Source: Perkinsela sp. CCAP 1560/9 (Eukaryota; Protista; Euglenozoa: Kinetoplastea). Taken from it: a DNA stretch of 64,000 nt. Position 1 is the first letter of the stretch. Each line of letters starts with the position of its first letter. The DNA lies in NCBI GenBank assembly GCA_965644495.1, contig CBFFSA010000011.1, forward strand, positions 434,001 to 498,000. Direction: 5' to 3'. The notes beneath the pieces were generated by a model. It saw only the letters and a program-made list of their open reading frames with translations. It was not told the DNA's origin and searched no databases. The position numbers and the translations under genes were made by a program. Positions 34,432-48,246 of the stretch are shown here, piece by piece.

Positions 34432-35472
34432 TGCAATATTCCTATACTTATGCAATATTCCTATACTTCGGCACACCGAAGTTTTAGGCACCGATTTCAA
34501 CTTTTGCCAAAATTAGGTGCGGGGTGCTATGGGAACTCACCTTTGCTCCCGGTGAGGCCCCGGAGTTGCGAGAGGCCTCCATACCCCATAACTACCACCT
34601 TCCCCCCCTATTTAGCGGGGGTCGCGCGAGCGACCCCTGATAAATGGGGGGAAGGTGGTAGTTGTTTTGGGGGAAATGAGAGGCCGAACGCACGGAGGGG
34701 CCGGCCGGGCCACTGAGTCACGTGAAAGTGTGACACCCAAAAACTAAACCTAGATCTTGTTTACCCGTCTGCACAACAGAACCGTAAATAGCACGTAAAG
34801 ATGGTTGGCCGAGGTACAGAATAAATTTACCTTTGCTCCCGGTGAGGCCCCGGAGTTGCGAGAGGCCTCCATACCCCACAACTACCACCTTCCCCCCCCC
34901 CCCTATTTAGCGGGGTTCGCGCGAGCGACCCCTGGTAAATGGGGGAAAGATGGTAGTTTTGGGGGAAATGAGAGGCCGAACGCACGGAGGGGCCGGCGGA
35001 GTCACTGAGTCACGTGAACGTGTGATACCCAAAAACTAAACCTATACTAAACCAATTCACAGTATTTTGTGACAGTAGACGGCTATGCAATATTCCTATA
35101 CTTATGCAATATTCCTATACTTATGCAATATTTCTATACTTGTGCAATATTCCTATACTTATGCAATATTCCTATACTTATGCAATATTCCTATACTTAT
35201 GCAATATTCCTATACTTATGCAATATTCCTATACTTATGCAATATTCCTATACTTCCACCCCCCACAACTACCACCTTCCCCCCCCCTATTTAGCGAGCG
35301 ACCCCTGGTAAATGGGGGGAAGGTGGTAGTTGTTTTGGGGAATATGAGAGGCCGAACGCACGGAGGGGCCGGCCGGGCCACTGAGTCACGTGAAAGTGTG
35401 ATACCCAAAAACTAAACCTAGATCTTGTTTGCACAACAGAACCGTAAATGGCACGTAAAGATGGTTGGCCGG
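34432..35472. repeat. Merlin terminal/subterminal repeats: three palindromic ~200-280-bp units plus a 19-bp array ending in an internal Merlin end
   Basis: Hairpin AACTACCACCTTCCCCC...GGGGGAAGGTGGTAGTT occurs three times; TTATGCAATATTCCTATAC about 9 times at 35084-35257, ending CTTCCACC. Confidence 0.85.
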
Positions 35473-35716
35473 GGATTGTGGTTTGGCCGCAGGATTGTGT
35501 ATTTATTTTCCTATGCATTGTCACGTTCTTTACCTTTTGGGGGGCAAATTGTGAACGTCGACCAGAAAAGGGGCATTCTAAACACTGTCAACATGGGTAA
35601 CCAACTTGAAGGTATACAGGATATGAAATGAAATAACCTGTACTTTCTGCGGGAAGAAATTTCCTTCTGCGTGAAGAAATAACGACGGTACACATGGACA
35701 CAAAAAATAACGAGCC

Positions 35717-35976
35717 TTACTCCGAGTCACTACTTTCGTCTTCTTCGTCGCGGTAGAAACTAACACCTTTGCAGAATGTACGAATATCTTGGAAGATGCG
35801 ACGTACACGAGAACCTCCGTTGACAGAGAGTGTCGCGTTAGAAATTTCTGCGAAAAACTTCATTCGGTGAGCGCGAGATATTTCATCGTTGCCAAGACGG
35901 CCCCCACGAGCTTTGCGTTCCTTTTAGGAGGCCATTGGCATGTTCCACGGTATTAGTGTGGATGCCGGAGACTGTT
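35717..35976 (-). pseudogene. Merlin transposase C-terminal part (duplicate of 47753-48012)
   Basis: GIHTNTVE motif. Confidence 0.8.
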
Positions 35977-35983
35977 ACCCAAT

Positions 35984-37575
35984 CACTCACTCACTCACTC
36001 ACTTTACACTAAGCCCCGGAATAGGGCATTAGTTAAATATCTATCTGTATTTACGCTCAATACATTCATCATCTAACTCTCCAACTGATTTCGTTTTCAC
36101 GTCGATTGCCTCGTACTCGGTGCGCTTCGAAAGCGAAACACACAGCACCTTGCGTACACTGGATTTTATTGTCCCATCTTGGTTTCCGTCAAAGGGGATA
36201 TTTATCCGCGTTATGAGGTCGCGTCTCGTGGTCTACCTTTCTTGGTGCGGTTCGCGGCGGTACTTAATTGTGGGCCAGGCGCGGGGCAATGCTGTGATAA
36301 GTGCCGTTCTAGTGTAGTAGCCGAGGTCTTGCGCCTTTTCTCTGAAAGAGCGCCGAAAAGAGCTGTCTTTGCCAACGTGTCACACTTATCGTTGTATGGG
36401 TTGCCGCAATGCCCCTTTACTTTAATCACGTAGAATTTGACGCCATTCTCCTCTAAGGTCTTTATTGCACCACCTAAATCCCAATAAATGTCGCTGTTTG
36501 GAAGGCCATTGTATCCTATTAGGTAATACTTTCGCCGCGTATTGCGTATAAAATGCCATACTATCCACGAATCCGTATGCAGTACGATTGTACCCTCAAC
36601 TTTGGGTGCTCTCTGAATAGCTAGTAGTGCCGCATAAAATTCCGCTCTTTCTGGCGATGGTGTGCCAAGAATCTCCTTACAAACAGTAGAACTAGCCACT
36701 TCATGGCCACACTGAACTTCAACAATCCCAATTCCAATCTTTCCGATGTAACTAGAACTAACTGAGGCGTCGGTATAAAGGTGTAGAACGTTGTTGTCAC
36801 TTGAGAAAGGTGTTGGACCTTCTTCAGCGTACTGCAGGGCTGAAAGATCATTTTCCCGCTGTGCAGCAGCTGCAATGCGGTGCCAACCGCTTGATCTACA
36901 ACCAATATACATTTTAGGATTCTCTAGCCCCATTTGAAGTTTTTCAACATGTTTTTGCCAACATTTTCTATCCTCCGCATATACCAGGGCTTCCTCGACT
37001 ACTAGTCCCATATCCCCGGTGCAAGCTTCGGATGGAGAACGAATTCGACTCTTTTCTTTAACGCGCCACTGCATCAGTTCCGAATATATCTCTGAATGCC
37101 GTATTAAGTGCCCTACAAGACGAGCCCGGTTAACTTTGTGCAGTGTGGAAAAAAGTGGGGTGTCTATATATAAGGCGGATATTGGCACACTTTTCCCAGA
37201 ATGATCCAGTTTCGGACACTTACAAATAATACGACGCATCTTATTTACCTGTATATCTACTATTTCAATGTGGTTTCGCTCAACACTAGTGTGCCCGAGT
37301 TGTAATTTAGGATAGGGTATACGAGGGCATCGAACAAACGAAGTTTTGTCTTGACGCTCAAGGGCGATACCCATATGCCCCGAAATTTTGAGAAACCTGC
37401 CCACGTAAGTCGCAACCCGAAGATCGAAGGCAAGAGGCAAGAAGATCCCAGGAAGGAAGATCTTCTGTATGCAGTTGCGCTGCGACCTGTTCACAAATTC
37501 TGTTGTTAAACTTCTCTGCATGTTCTGGGTTTGATAATTGAAACCAGTGTATTTTCGGTCTTTTGATGTTGGACG
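35984..37575 (-). mobile_element. 3' part of the APE/RNase H LINE (duplicated copy, truncated at the duplication junction)
   Basis: Matches 48020-49611; RNase H motifs and (GAGT)n tail. Confidence 0.85.
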
Positions 37576-37972
37576 CGAGCTCACGAGAGGTATGCGTAAC
37601 GGGGAGTATAATGCGAAGCGCGCGCAACGAGCGGCAAACACATCCATTTCCTCGCGGAAACACAAGCATCAGAAAATACAAGGTGATGTGCAAGAGAAGG
37701 TGATTGCTTTGCTGGGGAAGAGATTTAGCCCACAGCAAATCGCTACAACTCTCTTTAAGGAAGATGGGGTAAAGATTTCTCGTGTAGCCGTTTATGGATT
37801 CATCAAACGGGAAGACAGAGCAGGGAATTTAGTTCAGTTCCTGCGCCGGGGGGGAGGTCGCGGTAGAAGGCGACGGGGTACAAATCGCCTGAAAATACCG
37901 AATCGAACTGACATAAGCGAGCGCACAGGTTTCGACAATACTCGCTCCAGATATGGAGATTGGGAGTGTGAC

Positions 37973-40900
37973 GGCACTTCCGCCGGCAGAAGAGGTTACA
38001 GTTCAAGTGTATTGATTTATGTATTGAGTTCGGTGGGGTGTAGCAAAAATCCATTATTTCATAGATGGAAGGTCATGAAAGTGAAGGATGAAGATAGGTG
38101 GAAGGTCAGTAGGAATATGTGGTTCACCGACGGGAATGGGTGTAAGCATAAAAACGCGAGAGGAGTGTTCTGGGGGGAAAGGTGGAGAAGAAATCTCAAC
38201 CGGTATGCTCTTTAGCCGAGAAGTGCAACATAAAGTTGGAATTGCAACAGAAAGGTGAACGACAACGACGTGCTACTAATAATTTTTGAAGACATTCATG
38301 ATTTTTGCGATTGCACTTAAAGGAAGGACATGTTATATTAAGTTTTTTAGTAAGTGCCAACTTTACTGAGTAGTGACTAACTTTACGTTTTTTATGCATA
38401 AAACTGAAAATGGGGTATACGTCAAAGAGAGGAAATTCAACCCTTTGACTTAACGTCAAAAACCGAAAAAGAGGGAAAAGTCAGGGGGGGGGGGAGATCA
38501 GTCAGGGAGGAAGTGTAGCGTTGATGAAGGTGCAGAGTCGTGCGTATTTTTTAACCTTTGAAGACAAAATTAGGAACCTAATCTTTAATTTATCCTTTAC
38601 GTATTCCTTTAACTACTGTTTTTACGAAATGTTTCTTAAAAAGCGAATTCTCCTTTGCCTCAACGGATTACAGAGGAACATTTTCCGCATTCTCAAAGCC
38701 GTCTACTTCTATTCGCGAATCTCTATTCGGACATTTACGTCCTCTCTTTTTTCTAGCATCCTCTTTTGCGCGAAGCTCGCCCATTATCTCATCATGCGAC
38801 TTCACGTCCTCCACGCATTCCTTGTAGCAAAGTCTGTTCTGATACGCAACCCGTAACTGATTAAAATCTCGAGGAAATCTATACTGGTCCTCATTTTCTT
38901 TGACCACGGAGCTGAATCTTGATAAAACTTTCGGCCAAGGTATGTGCCTCGAAGATTTGTCGCGCACTTCATCGATGACACATTGCAGGAGCAAGCGCAC
39001 TTCAAGGAGATTGAATTTCACGATCACGTTTCTTTGGCGAGGATCAATTCTTGGAGCATGTAAATGTGTTGCCAGGTGACATGCGTTGCTATTTCCTGTC
39101 GCGGTAAAATGTTGTACAGGTAAGTCATCAACCATTATGATCTCGTGCGCCCCCAAACCTACATCAAAATCTGTATCAAAAGTTTTAAATATTCTTGCAC
39201 CAGGGATATCAAGTACGCAAACACCGCATATTCTGTGCCTCTGCGGAGTTGGTGATACGGAATCGAAAGGAACTACTAGATATGGTACGTGTGAAAGCTC
39301 GTGCAGAACGAGTACAGTGCTTGAAATGACATTGGCAAGAGAGCGAACTAGGGGAAGAAATAATTGCCAGTGCGAGACCTTGGTTATAACTTCCTCGACG
39401 TCATTCTCGGGCTTGCTCAAGTGTTCAAGAACTCGTTCGAACGTCGTATCTTTGTCCACCCGCGATGTATCGCACCGCAGAATACAGGGATCTCCCGCAC
39501 ACAAGTATTCAAGTGTGCTCATCATTGACGCTGCGGTGCACTCTCCACCTAGGAAACGCACCTTTTCCTCGTGCTTAGTTGGTGTAGCAGAAAGTGCGAA
39601 GTTAAATTCCACATCGTCTTTGCCAAGAAATACGGGCTCGCAACCAAACTTATTTTGCGCCCAGCTGCGAACATTACTCAGCTGATTGTCAGACAAGGAA
39701 TGCGGGATAAGTGCATATCCATCCCCAGATTCAACAGGGTGAACATATTGTGTGAAGAACAGTTCATGAGTCGTTAGTTGTTTCGCCACAGGGAGAAGTC
39801 CAAATGGACTATTACATAATCTTGCATCGTCCGCCCCCAGGAAGAGAGAAGAGAAGGTTTCTTTCAAGGTTCGAAACAACAGAGCGTCGAAACACATCAT
39901 ATCCGGCGCTGATTTGAATCTCACAGCACATTTCACATTACTTCGATAAATAAAGCTCCTTGTCAGCGCGTCTACAGTTTCTGCTGAGCTACGCGCGCGA
40001 AGCTTCACTTTAGCTTTCAAACGAGAATAAAAACTTTCACAAATGTTGGTTCCTCGGCTGGAACGATACACCATATTCTTATCCACGCGCGTCAAATTCA
40101 CATCTGTAGGGTCACTGAGGCAGTCCCGCTCGATGTGGGCTATTGCGTACGGCCAGAGAGAAGCTAACTTGGGGTTCCATGTAAAGATGTCCGAATATTT
40201 TTCCTTCAGGAGTTCCATTTTAGAAAGCAATTTTGCCGGACGTGGAATAACTTTCTCATGCGCATCAAGATGTTCCTTTTTTGACAAAGCGATAGTAAGA
40301 GGCTCTACTACAGATCGGCAAAGCTCGGTGTAAAACATTTTCTGCCGATTTGATGCTGAAGTGCGTGGGATAACAGCTGCGAAACGGTGCAGCCAATGCC
40401 ATAAATCGCATTTAATATGTGCAGATGGAAAGTGGCGTTGTATTTTAGAACGCACTGTGCAACAGTTGTCAACATATATAACCATTGCTTTGCTTCCTGG
40501 ACGTGATGCTATGTTTGAAAGAACATTGTGCAAAGTGTCAAAACTTTCATTTCGAGTATATACGGCAGCCAAAATCTCACCAATTTCATTGTGAACAACA
40601 AAGTGAGAACGAAACGGTGCTTCCCCACGCAGTCGAATGCACTTTGCGGTCTCGAAAGTATGATCCGTTGCAAGCACTGTACCAGTCAGCTCGGACATAT
40701 AGTTGTCACACTCCACCTGGCGCTGCTGGAGTAATGAAATCAAAACATCCTGAAAATGATCCACTGATGGAGTCATCCATTCTTGTGAAATTCGATTTGA
40801 AATCGCTTCCACGCAATTAGGATCCCAGCGAAATTCAAATTTTTCCGTGTGCTTTAATTCAAAAATGTGTCTTTCATCGCGCTTATTACTCAGATACTGC

Positions 40901-42046
40901 AACGTCCGCTGATGGTAATCGACGGCATACACTTCTTGCAGAATACCTTGAAATTCACTCATATTAGAACCACTAGATCCTATTGCCATAATGGCCGTTG
41001 AAAGTCGTCTAGTCATCCCCAATTTTTCAGTTTTAATATTAGGAAAGGAATTTCGTGCCTTGTGGGACAGGCTGGAAATTAAGCTCTTTTCATCACTTGA
41101 TATTACCTTACGACACTCAGTGCTACGACATTGATACACTTCACAAAGATAGTACATTGGTGTCGAAAGATCAAAAATCCGACGCACAGGAGAAAGCTTC
41201 ATGAAAGTCAACCGCTCTTTGCAATGAAGACAGTGTAGGCTTTCTTTTTCGCCTTGGCGCATGGGCGCCCATATGATCCATGGCAAGGTAAAAAGCGTTT
41301 CCAATGAACTCCTAGGCTCCGGAGAAAAGAACCAAAGGGAAGTACATGTAGTTTTTGTTTTTAATTCTTCGTATGCCCTTCGAATTGCCGTGACTTGATG
41401 TGAAGACATTCCTGTTTCGAGCAAATGCGTCCAGTATTTTGTCACTTCTGTTCGTTCGTGTGTGGTTTCTTCTGGGCGAGAAGCGAACCGACAAAGCTCC
41501 GAATTTTCGGCTACTACACGCGAAAGGGTGGTTGAAAGTTCGTTGTTCCTTTTTTCCATTTCCTCAATTTGTGTTTCTAGCTTTTTGATGCTTCCCGTAA
41601 GTTGCTTCTTTTCCTTGGCCATTGTTTGGATGACGTTCAGTAGGTCCGTTTCACAAGACATGACTTAAATAATCAGAAATCTAGAAATGATTTTTAGAGT
41701 ACCAGGAAGGTTCAATAGTTTTGTTTGTAAAGTGATCATCTTGAACAGTCAGGGTACAATAGCTGAGGCTTTAAACTCTCAAATATGTACTAGAAATCGT
41801 TTCTGGGAAAACAATTTTGACGAAATTAAAAAATTATTGGACTACAAAAAAATTAGGTATGAAGTTCAGACTCAATAGTACACAACTTTCATAGGAACTA
41901 TTAAGTTCAGACTCAATAATAGAAACACACTTCAGTTACTATTGAGTTTACTATTGAGTTTTAGCAATCCAGATGCGTGCAACTCAATAGAGAACTCACT
42001 AGTGACTCTTCAACCCAATAGTTGCTGTCACTATGGCGGAACTAAC
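37973..42046 (-). mobile_element. Duplicate of the 4074-bp DDE transposon
   Basis: Same AGTGTGAC TSD and termini. Confidence 0.9.
38668..41661 (-). CDS. 997-aa putative DDE transposase (duplicate)
   Basis: Translation identical to 26632-29625. Confidence 0.75.
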   Translation of the reverse strand: MSCETDLLNVIQTMAKEKKQLTGSIKKLETQIEEMEKRNNELSTTLSRVVAENSELCRFASRPEETTHERTEVTKYWTHLLETGMSSHQVTAIRRAYEELKTKTTCTSLWFFSPEPRSSLETLFTLPWIIWAPMRQGEKESLHCLHCKERLTFMKLSPVRRIFDLSTPMYYLCEVYQCRSTECRKVISSDEKSLISSLSHKARNSFPNIKTEKLGMTRRLSTAIMAIGSSGSNMSEFQGILQEVYAVDYHQRTLQYLSNKRDERHIFELKHTEKFEFRWDPNCVEAISNRISQEWMTPSVDHFQDVLISLLQQRQVECDNYMSELTGTVLATDHTFETAKCIRLRGEAPFRSHFVVHNEIGEILAAVYTRNESFDTLHNVLSNIASRPGSKAMVIYVDNCCTVRSKIQRHFPSAHIKCDLWHWLHRFAAVIPRTSASNRQKMFYTELCRSVVEPLTIALSKKEHLDAHEKVIPRPAKLLSKMELLKEKYSDIFTWNPKLASLWPYAIAHIERDCLSDPTDVNLTRVDKNMVYRSSRGTNICESFYSRLKAKVKLRARSSAETVDALTRSFIYRSNVKCAVRFKSAPDMMCFDALLFRTLKETFSSLFLGADDARLCNSPFGLLPVAKQLTTHELFFTQYVHPVESGDGYALIPHSLSDNQLSNVRSWAQNKFGCEPVFLGKDDVEFNFALSATPTKHEEKVRFLGGECTAASMMSTLEYLCAGDPCILRCDTSRVDKDTTFERVLEHLSKPENDVEEVITKVSHWQLFLPLVRSLANVISSTVLVLHELSHVPYLVVPFDSVSPTPQRHRICGVCVLDIPGARIFKTFDTDFDVGLGAHEIIMVDDLPVQHFTATGNSNACHLATHLHAPRIDPRQRNVIVKFNLLEVRLLLQCVIDEVRDKSSRHIPWPKVLSRFSSVVKENEDQYRFPRDFNQLRVAYQNRLCYKECVEDVKSHDEIMGELRAKEDARKKRGRKCPNRDSRIEVDGFENAENVPL

Positions 42047-42054
42047 AGTGTGAC

Positions 42055-42510
42055 TTGATTGAAGGCGCGCAACATAGTGGCTATTTTCTCAGTTTAGTGG
42101 AGAGAAAAAGCCGCTACGGAGTTCTTCGGAAGTTGGAGAACAAGAAATCAGAAATTGTGGCCGAGGAGGTCACTCGTGCTCTGCAGGGGTTCCAAGTTTT
42201 CACTATCACGTACGACAATGGAACCGAGTTCGCGAAACACGAACTAGTGAACGCTTCGTTGGGCTGTCAATCATTCTTTTGTCAGCCCTACGCAAGTTGG
42301 GAGAAAGGGGGCGTTGAAAATTACAATGGTCTTGTTCGTGATTTCTACCCTAAGCGAACATCGTTCACCCACATCACGCAAGCTGCGCTTGATACGACAT
42401 CTGCAGCCATCAACGAACGACCAAAAGATGTCCTGGAGAACAATTCGCCTATTGAATTGATCGAAAATATCAAGGTTATCTCCCCTCCTATGCTTCGTCC
42501 AGGCTTTTGA
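42055..42510 (+). pseudogene. IS30-family transposase C-terminal part (duplicate; partial N-part at 37574-37972)
   Basis: Translation identical to 30019-30474. Confidence 0.9.
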
Positions 42511-43377
42511 TGGACAGCTCACAGGATTCGCAGTAGTACGCTCGGATAGAATTCAAAGGATTTGCTCAAAAGATATTGCGTGAATATGGTAGCGCGCTTC
42601 AACCCTCATGAGTTCCAATTTTGCAAGGATGTCAAACAAATTTGTTTCGAGGGGACATTCATATAGCAGGTCTGTTATAAACGCAAGCTGCTCTTTACAA
42701 AAAAAATTCCGATCAGGAGCCCAATGTAACATCCCAATGAATCGCAGGATTGGATATAATGTACGATTGAGGAACTTGGGAGTGTATCATCAGACAAAGT
42801 GCGATGAAGAGATGGGACCGAGGTTTTCGTACATTCGTACTTGTCGCCTCCGTCTCAACGCGTGTCAAGACTTTTTTGATCTATACTCACCGTTTAAACC
42901 GCCGAATACCCCCCGAATGCCTTCTGCAGTGCACTGATTTGGAAGAATATTCTATTCTCAGGTGTGTTACTGTGATGGGTTGTTGTTGCGATTGTTTGTA
43001 GTTGTCGGGATATGGCAACATGGCCGATGCTTGTAGTAGAAGCATTGCTATGTAAATTCTACAACTTTGATAGAGAGACTTTGATAGAGAGAGAAGTTGG
43101 AGCATGAAAATTGTTTCCGGCATGCTTATTATACTTTGATGCCGATTGCTTTTTTTGCCCTCCTTTTTTACCAAGGAGTTTTTAGCGTCGCTTTGTCAAA
43201 ACGGTCAGCATTAGGATGGGGAGGAAATGGGGGATTACTTTAGGAGTATGGCGTGTGCTGGCGAATTCATTCGTGAAATCTTTTCCTGATAGTGATAGAT
43301 TATCCTGATAATGACAATGATAGATTATCTGTATGCATCGTAGTAAATACACATCATTCACGAATTCATATCAAATA

Positions 43378-46186
43378 CAGTGGTTTCAGTTAATCTTGCC
43401 CCCCCCCGCTCGGAATTTTGATTTTTTTAATCCATTTTTGCTCATCTTTGCAGCATTGGACAGATCTCGTTCCCCTAGCGAAGAGCTTTGCCGCCTTTTT
43501 TTCATAGAGACCCCCTGGTGCCCCTTGGGTGACCCGAAAGTTGACCAAAATAATAAAAAATGATATTTTTTTACCATATCAAAAATGGAACGAAAAACGG
43601 ATTTTATGTCCAAAAGTTAACTCTAAAGGAAAAGAACTAGTATCCGGAATGGCCTCCATTGTTTTGCAACACCTTTTGAAGTCTATTAGGGACTGAATCA
43701 ATTGTGTTGCACACTTTACGTTTTTCTTGAGGACGTTTTAGAATCTGAAAAGCTTTTTTAATGGCATCGGCGAGGGTAGCATGATTGTGGGGCTTAATTT
43801 TTTTCTTTATGATACCGTTCATTTGTTTCCAAACATTTTCTTTTGGATTTAAATCAGGCGAATTCGCTGGCCAAGACAATTGTTTAATACGATATTTAAT
43901 CAATTCACCTTTTGCCAAGTTATGGGTGGTAGCATTATCCATTTGCACAGTCACATTGTCAACGTGGTCTTTGAGATAATGTAAAAACCCATTAGGCTTC
44001 TGAAAGGAGTCAAGGATCACTCCCCCAGTGACCTTGTGCGCGTTTTCATAAGTTGTATTGTCATTGGGTTCAAGCACGTGCAAGAAAAATCCGTGTTCTA
44101 CACTAATACCCATCCAAGCCATTACCCCCTTCCCCCCATACCACCTACGGTTTCTGCAGCGAGGTTTTCTTTGGCACCCTTGAGGTCCAATGAAAAACTG
44201 AGACCCATGAACCCCACAGGTAAACAACTTTTCATCGGTCCAAATGATTTTGTTTAAATCTTCTTTAGGCCATGTAAGCAATTCGTTTGCTAATCTCAAA
44301 CGCTGCGACTTGTGTTCCTCAGGTAGGTCACAGTTCGGCGACTTAGCCCATCTACCGTAATCAATATTTTTTAAAATAGTTCTTATTTTGTTTCAGGGTT
44401 CGCAGAAACTATAAAACTATCAATATAGTACTATATAGTTACTATAAACTTTTTTCGAAAACTATAAAAAACTATATTTTTTTGTTTCACATTTTAGGCA
44501 CTCCGAAGCTCACCAACACGCCATAAATACACGGCGAATTCATTTGTGTACGATTTTTCTTATTTTTAAACCCGAAAATTGATGCCCGAAATAAAAGTTA
44601 CGAGGGGTAGTTTCTGCAAAGATTATTTTATTGAACTGCTGCACACGGAGGAAAGTAAACAAGCGGTTGAATGTAACTAGTGTCAGGAGGGGACGTACCC
44701 CAGTCCCATCGTGTGGCCTTGACAGATTGCCTTGTGCGAATCTTGCGTCCCGAACATCTTCTCACTGCATCGCTGTCGCCGCGCGTTGGCTGGAGCCACC
44801 GACGTTATGTCTTGGGACTGAATAACTGCTGCTCACAATTCTATGAGTTTGAATAAATACAATCATATGAGTCTGAATAAATTACGCGGTGTGTTGTCGA
44901 GTGGAGAGTTTGCACTTCCTTTCACTCCTTTCGCGTGCGTTTCATTGCTATTTCCGAGGAGATGACACACTAGTTGATGATATTTTTCGGTGGTGATGGA
45001 ATCGCGGGGAAGAGGAAGGATGTTTCGATAGCTATGTAACCCAGGATAAAGTGGACGAGGGAGGTTCTAAAAGCACCTTTAAACCACCACAAAAATGGAA
45101 TGATATCTCCCGGTTTGTAAAGGATTCCGACGTGCCAAAAGAATCTTTAAGGGACAAACCCTTCCATTTTTATGGTGGTTTGCCAAAGGTGCTTTTAGTA
45201 TCTCCCTTGTCCACTTTAGCTTGGGTTACATTTTTTTCAGAATTTTTTGTCATATCATACGTATGTAAGCGTGTAAGAACGCATGTAGAGGCGTGTGTAT
45301 GTCCATCACAAGCGGAGAGGACTCAAAAAATATCACTTGTAAAGTGAAAAAAACTTTATAGTTTTCTTATAGTTTTATAGTAAAATATAGTAAATATAGT
45401 ACTATATAGTAACTATATTCAATGAAAAAAACTATATTTTACTATATTATAGTTTCTGCGAACCCTGTTTTGTTTAACGAACATTTATACCCCATATTCA
45501 GCGCTTGCTCGTGTATCCAAGTATAAGTTAAGCAACCATCGTACGTTTCGTTTTCATCATCCACAATTTTTTTTACAAGGTCCTTAAACCGCCTTGATGA
45601 TTTTTTTCCTGGGGATTTTTGGGGTGTAAGATCTTCTCCTTCCTTCCACAGGTTAACAATTCTTCTTATGGTGCGACGGTCACGTCCGAAATTATTAGAT
45701 AATTTATGTATATGTTGCTTTATTATTTCTTTTCTCTCGCAAAGAGGTAATGCCACGGTTCCTTTGTGGGATATTGGGGGATTGTCTTCTCTTTTGTCAT
45801 TCCATCCTTGTACGTACTCCCCCTGTTTGGGGTTAGAGGGTCTGGTCTGCATAATGTAGAGGTGTTGACTATATTAAATTAGGCGATAGGGATGGTACTA
45901 GACATAGAGCTTTCAAATTATCAATTTAGAACACTATTACTCGTACTTACATGTTCAAAATGTACAAAAAATCGGGAAAATGTGACAAAAAATGGTTGTG
46001 TACACAGAAAACGTCCAAAAAAACAGTGTTTTTCGGACCCAGGGGGCACCAGAGGGTCTCTATGAAAAAAAGGCGGCAAAGCTCTTCGCTAGGGGAACGA
46101 GATCTGTCCAATGCTGCAAAGATGAGCAAAAATGGATAAAAAGAATCAAAATTCCGAGGGGGGGGCAAGATCAACTGAAACCACTG
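43378..46186 (-). mobile_element. Tc1-like DD32E transposon (duplicate)
   Basis: Same TIRs; catalytic ORF 43637-44299. Confidence 0.92.
44394..45467. mobile_element. hAT-like MITE (duplicate)
   Basis: Same TIR and TSD as 32358-33431. Confidence 0.9.
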
Positions 46187-46467
46187 TATAAGGGGTGACC
46201 CTTCTAAAATGCCCTAAAATGGCCACTTTTCGTGGATTTTGCTTAAAAAAGCCCATTTTCACCTGTTTTTGGCTACTTTGGCGGGGTCACCCCCTATATG
46301 CAACTCCATATGCTACTCCCTCTATATGCAATTCCATTTTTATAAAATGTGATGTGCGTATATACTTTGGAGTCTCATCTACAAGGAAAAGGATTTGTAA
46401 GATCCAATACAGGTGGGATCTTGCCAGGAGAAATTTTTCAAAAGTTAAAAAAAAATTAGAGGGGCTC

Positions 46468-47508
46468 TGCAATATTCCTATACTTATGCAATATTCCTAT
46501 ACTTCGGCACACCGAAGTTTTAGGCACCGATTTCAACTTTTGCCAAAATTAGGTGCGGGGTGCTATGGGAACTCACCTTTGCTCCCGGTGAGGCCCCGGA
46601 GTTGCGAGAGGCCTCCATACCCCATAACTACCACCTTCCCCCCCTATTTAGCGGGGGTCGCGCGAGCGACCCCTGATAAATGGGGGGAAGGTGGTAGTTG
46701 TTTTGGGGGAAATGAGAGGCCGAACGCACGGAGGGGCCGGCCGGGCCACTGAGTCACGTGAAAGTGTGACACCCAAAAACTAAACCTAGATCTTGTTTAC
46801 CCGTCTGCACAACAGAACCGTAAATAGCACGTAAAGATGGTTGGCCGAGGTACAGAATAAATTTACCTTTGCTCCCGGTGAGGCCCCGGAGTTGCGAGAG
46901 GCCTCCATACCCCACAACTACCACCTTCCCCCCCCCCCCTATTTAGCGGGGTTCGCGCGAGCGACCCCTGGTAAATGGGGGAAAGATGGTAGTTTTGGGG
47001 GAAATGAGAGGCCGAACGCACGGAGGGGCCGGCGGAGTCACTGAGTCACGTGAACGTGTGATACCCAAAAACTAAACCTATACTAAACCAATTCACAGTA
47101 TTTTGTGACAGTAGACGGCTATGCAATATTCCTATACTTATGCAATATTCCTATACTTATGCAATATTTCTATACTTGTGCAATATTCCTATACTTATGC
47201 AATATTCCTATACTTATGCAATATTCCTATACTTATGCAATATTCCTATACTTATGCAATATTCCTATACTTATGCAATATTCCTATACTTCCACCCCCC
47301 ACAACTACCACCTTCCCCCCCCCTATTTAGCGAGCGACCCCTGGTAAATGGGGGGAAGGTGGTAGTTGTTTTGGGGAATATGAGAGGCCGAACGCACGGA
47401 GGGGCCGGCCGGGCCACTGAGTCACGTGAAAGTGTGATACCCAAAAACTAAACCTAGATCTTGTTTGCACAACAGAACCGTAAATGGCACGTAAAGATGG
47501 TTGGCCGG
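46468..47508. repeat. Merlin terminal/subterminal repeats (duplicate)
   Basis: Copy of 34432-35472. Confidence 0.85.
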
Positions 47509-48246
47509 GGATTGTGGTTTGGCCGCAGGATTGTGTATTTATTTTCCTATGCATTGTCACGTTCTTTACCTTTTGGGGGGCAAATTGTGAACGTCGACCA
47601 GAAAAGGGGCATTCTAAACACTGTCAACATGGGTAACCAACTTGAAGGTATACAGGATATGAAATGAAATAACCTGTACTTTCTGCGGGAAGAAATTTCC
47701 TTCTGCGTGAAGAAATAACGACGGTACACATGGACACAAAAAATAACGAGCCTTACTCCGAGTCACTACTTTCGTCTTCTTCGTCGCGGTAGAAACTAAC
47801 ACCTTTGCAGAATGTACGAATATCTTGGAAGATGCGACGTACACGAGAACCTCCGTTGACAGAGAGTGTCGCGTTAGAAATTTCTGCGAAAAACTTCATT
47901 CGGTGAGCGCGAGATATTTCATCGTTGCCAAGACGGCCCCCACGAGCTTTGCGTTCCTTTTAGGAGGCCATTGGCATGTTCCACGGTATTAGTGTGGATG
48001 CCGGAGACTGTTACCCAATCACTCACTCACTCACTCACTTTACACTAAGCCCCGGAATAGGGCATTAGTTAAATATCTATCTGTATTTACGCTCAATACA
48101 TTCATCATCTAACTCTCCAACTGATTTCGTTTTCACGTCGATTGCCTCGTACTCGGTGCGCTTCGAAAGCGAAACACACAGCACCTTGCGTACACTGGAT
48201 TTTATTGTCCCATCTTGGTTTCCGTCAAAGGGGATATTTATCCGCG

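Noticed and set aside
35084-35257. CRISPR-like or coding repeat (MQYSYTYAIF ORFs)
   Set aside because: Pure 19-bp tandem repeat belonging to Merlin termini.
36211-38215. Novel fusion genes at 36211-37665 and 37538-38215
   Set aside because: Their N-termini are created by the duplication junction.
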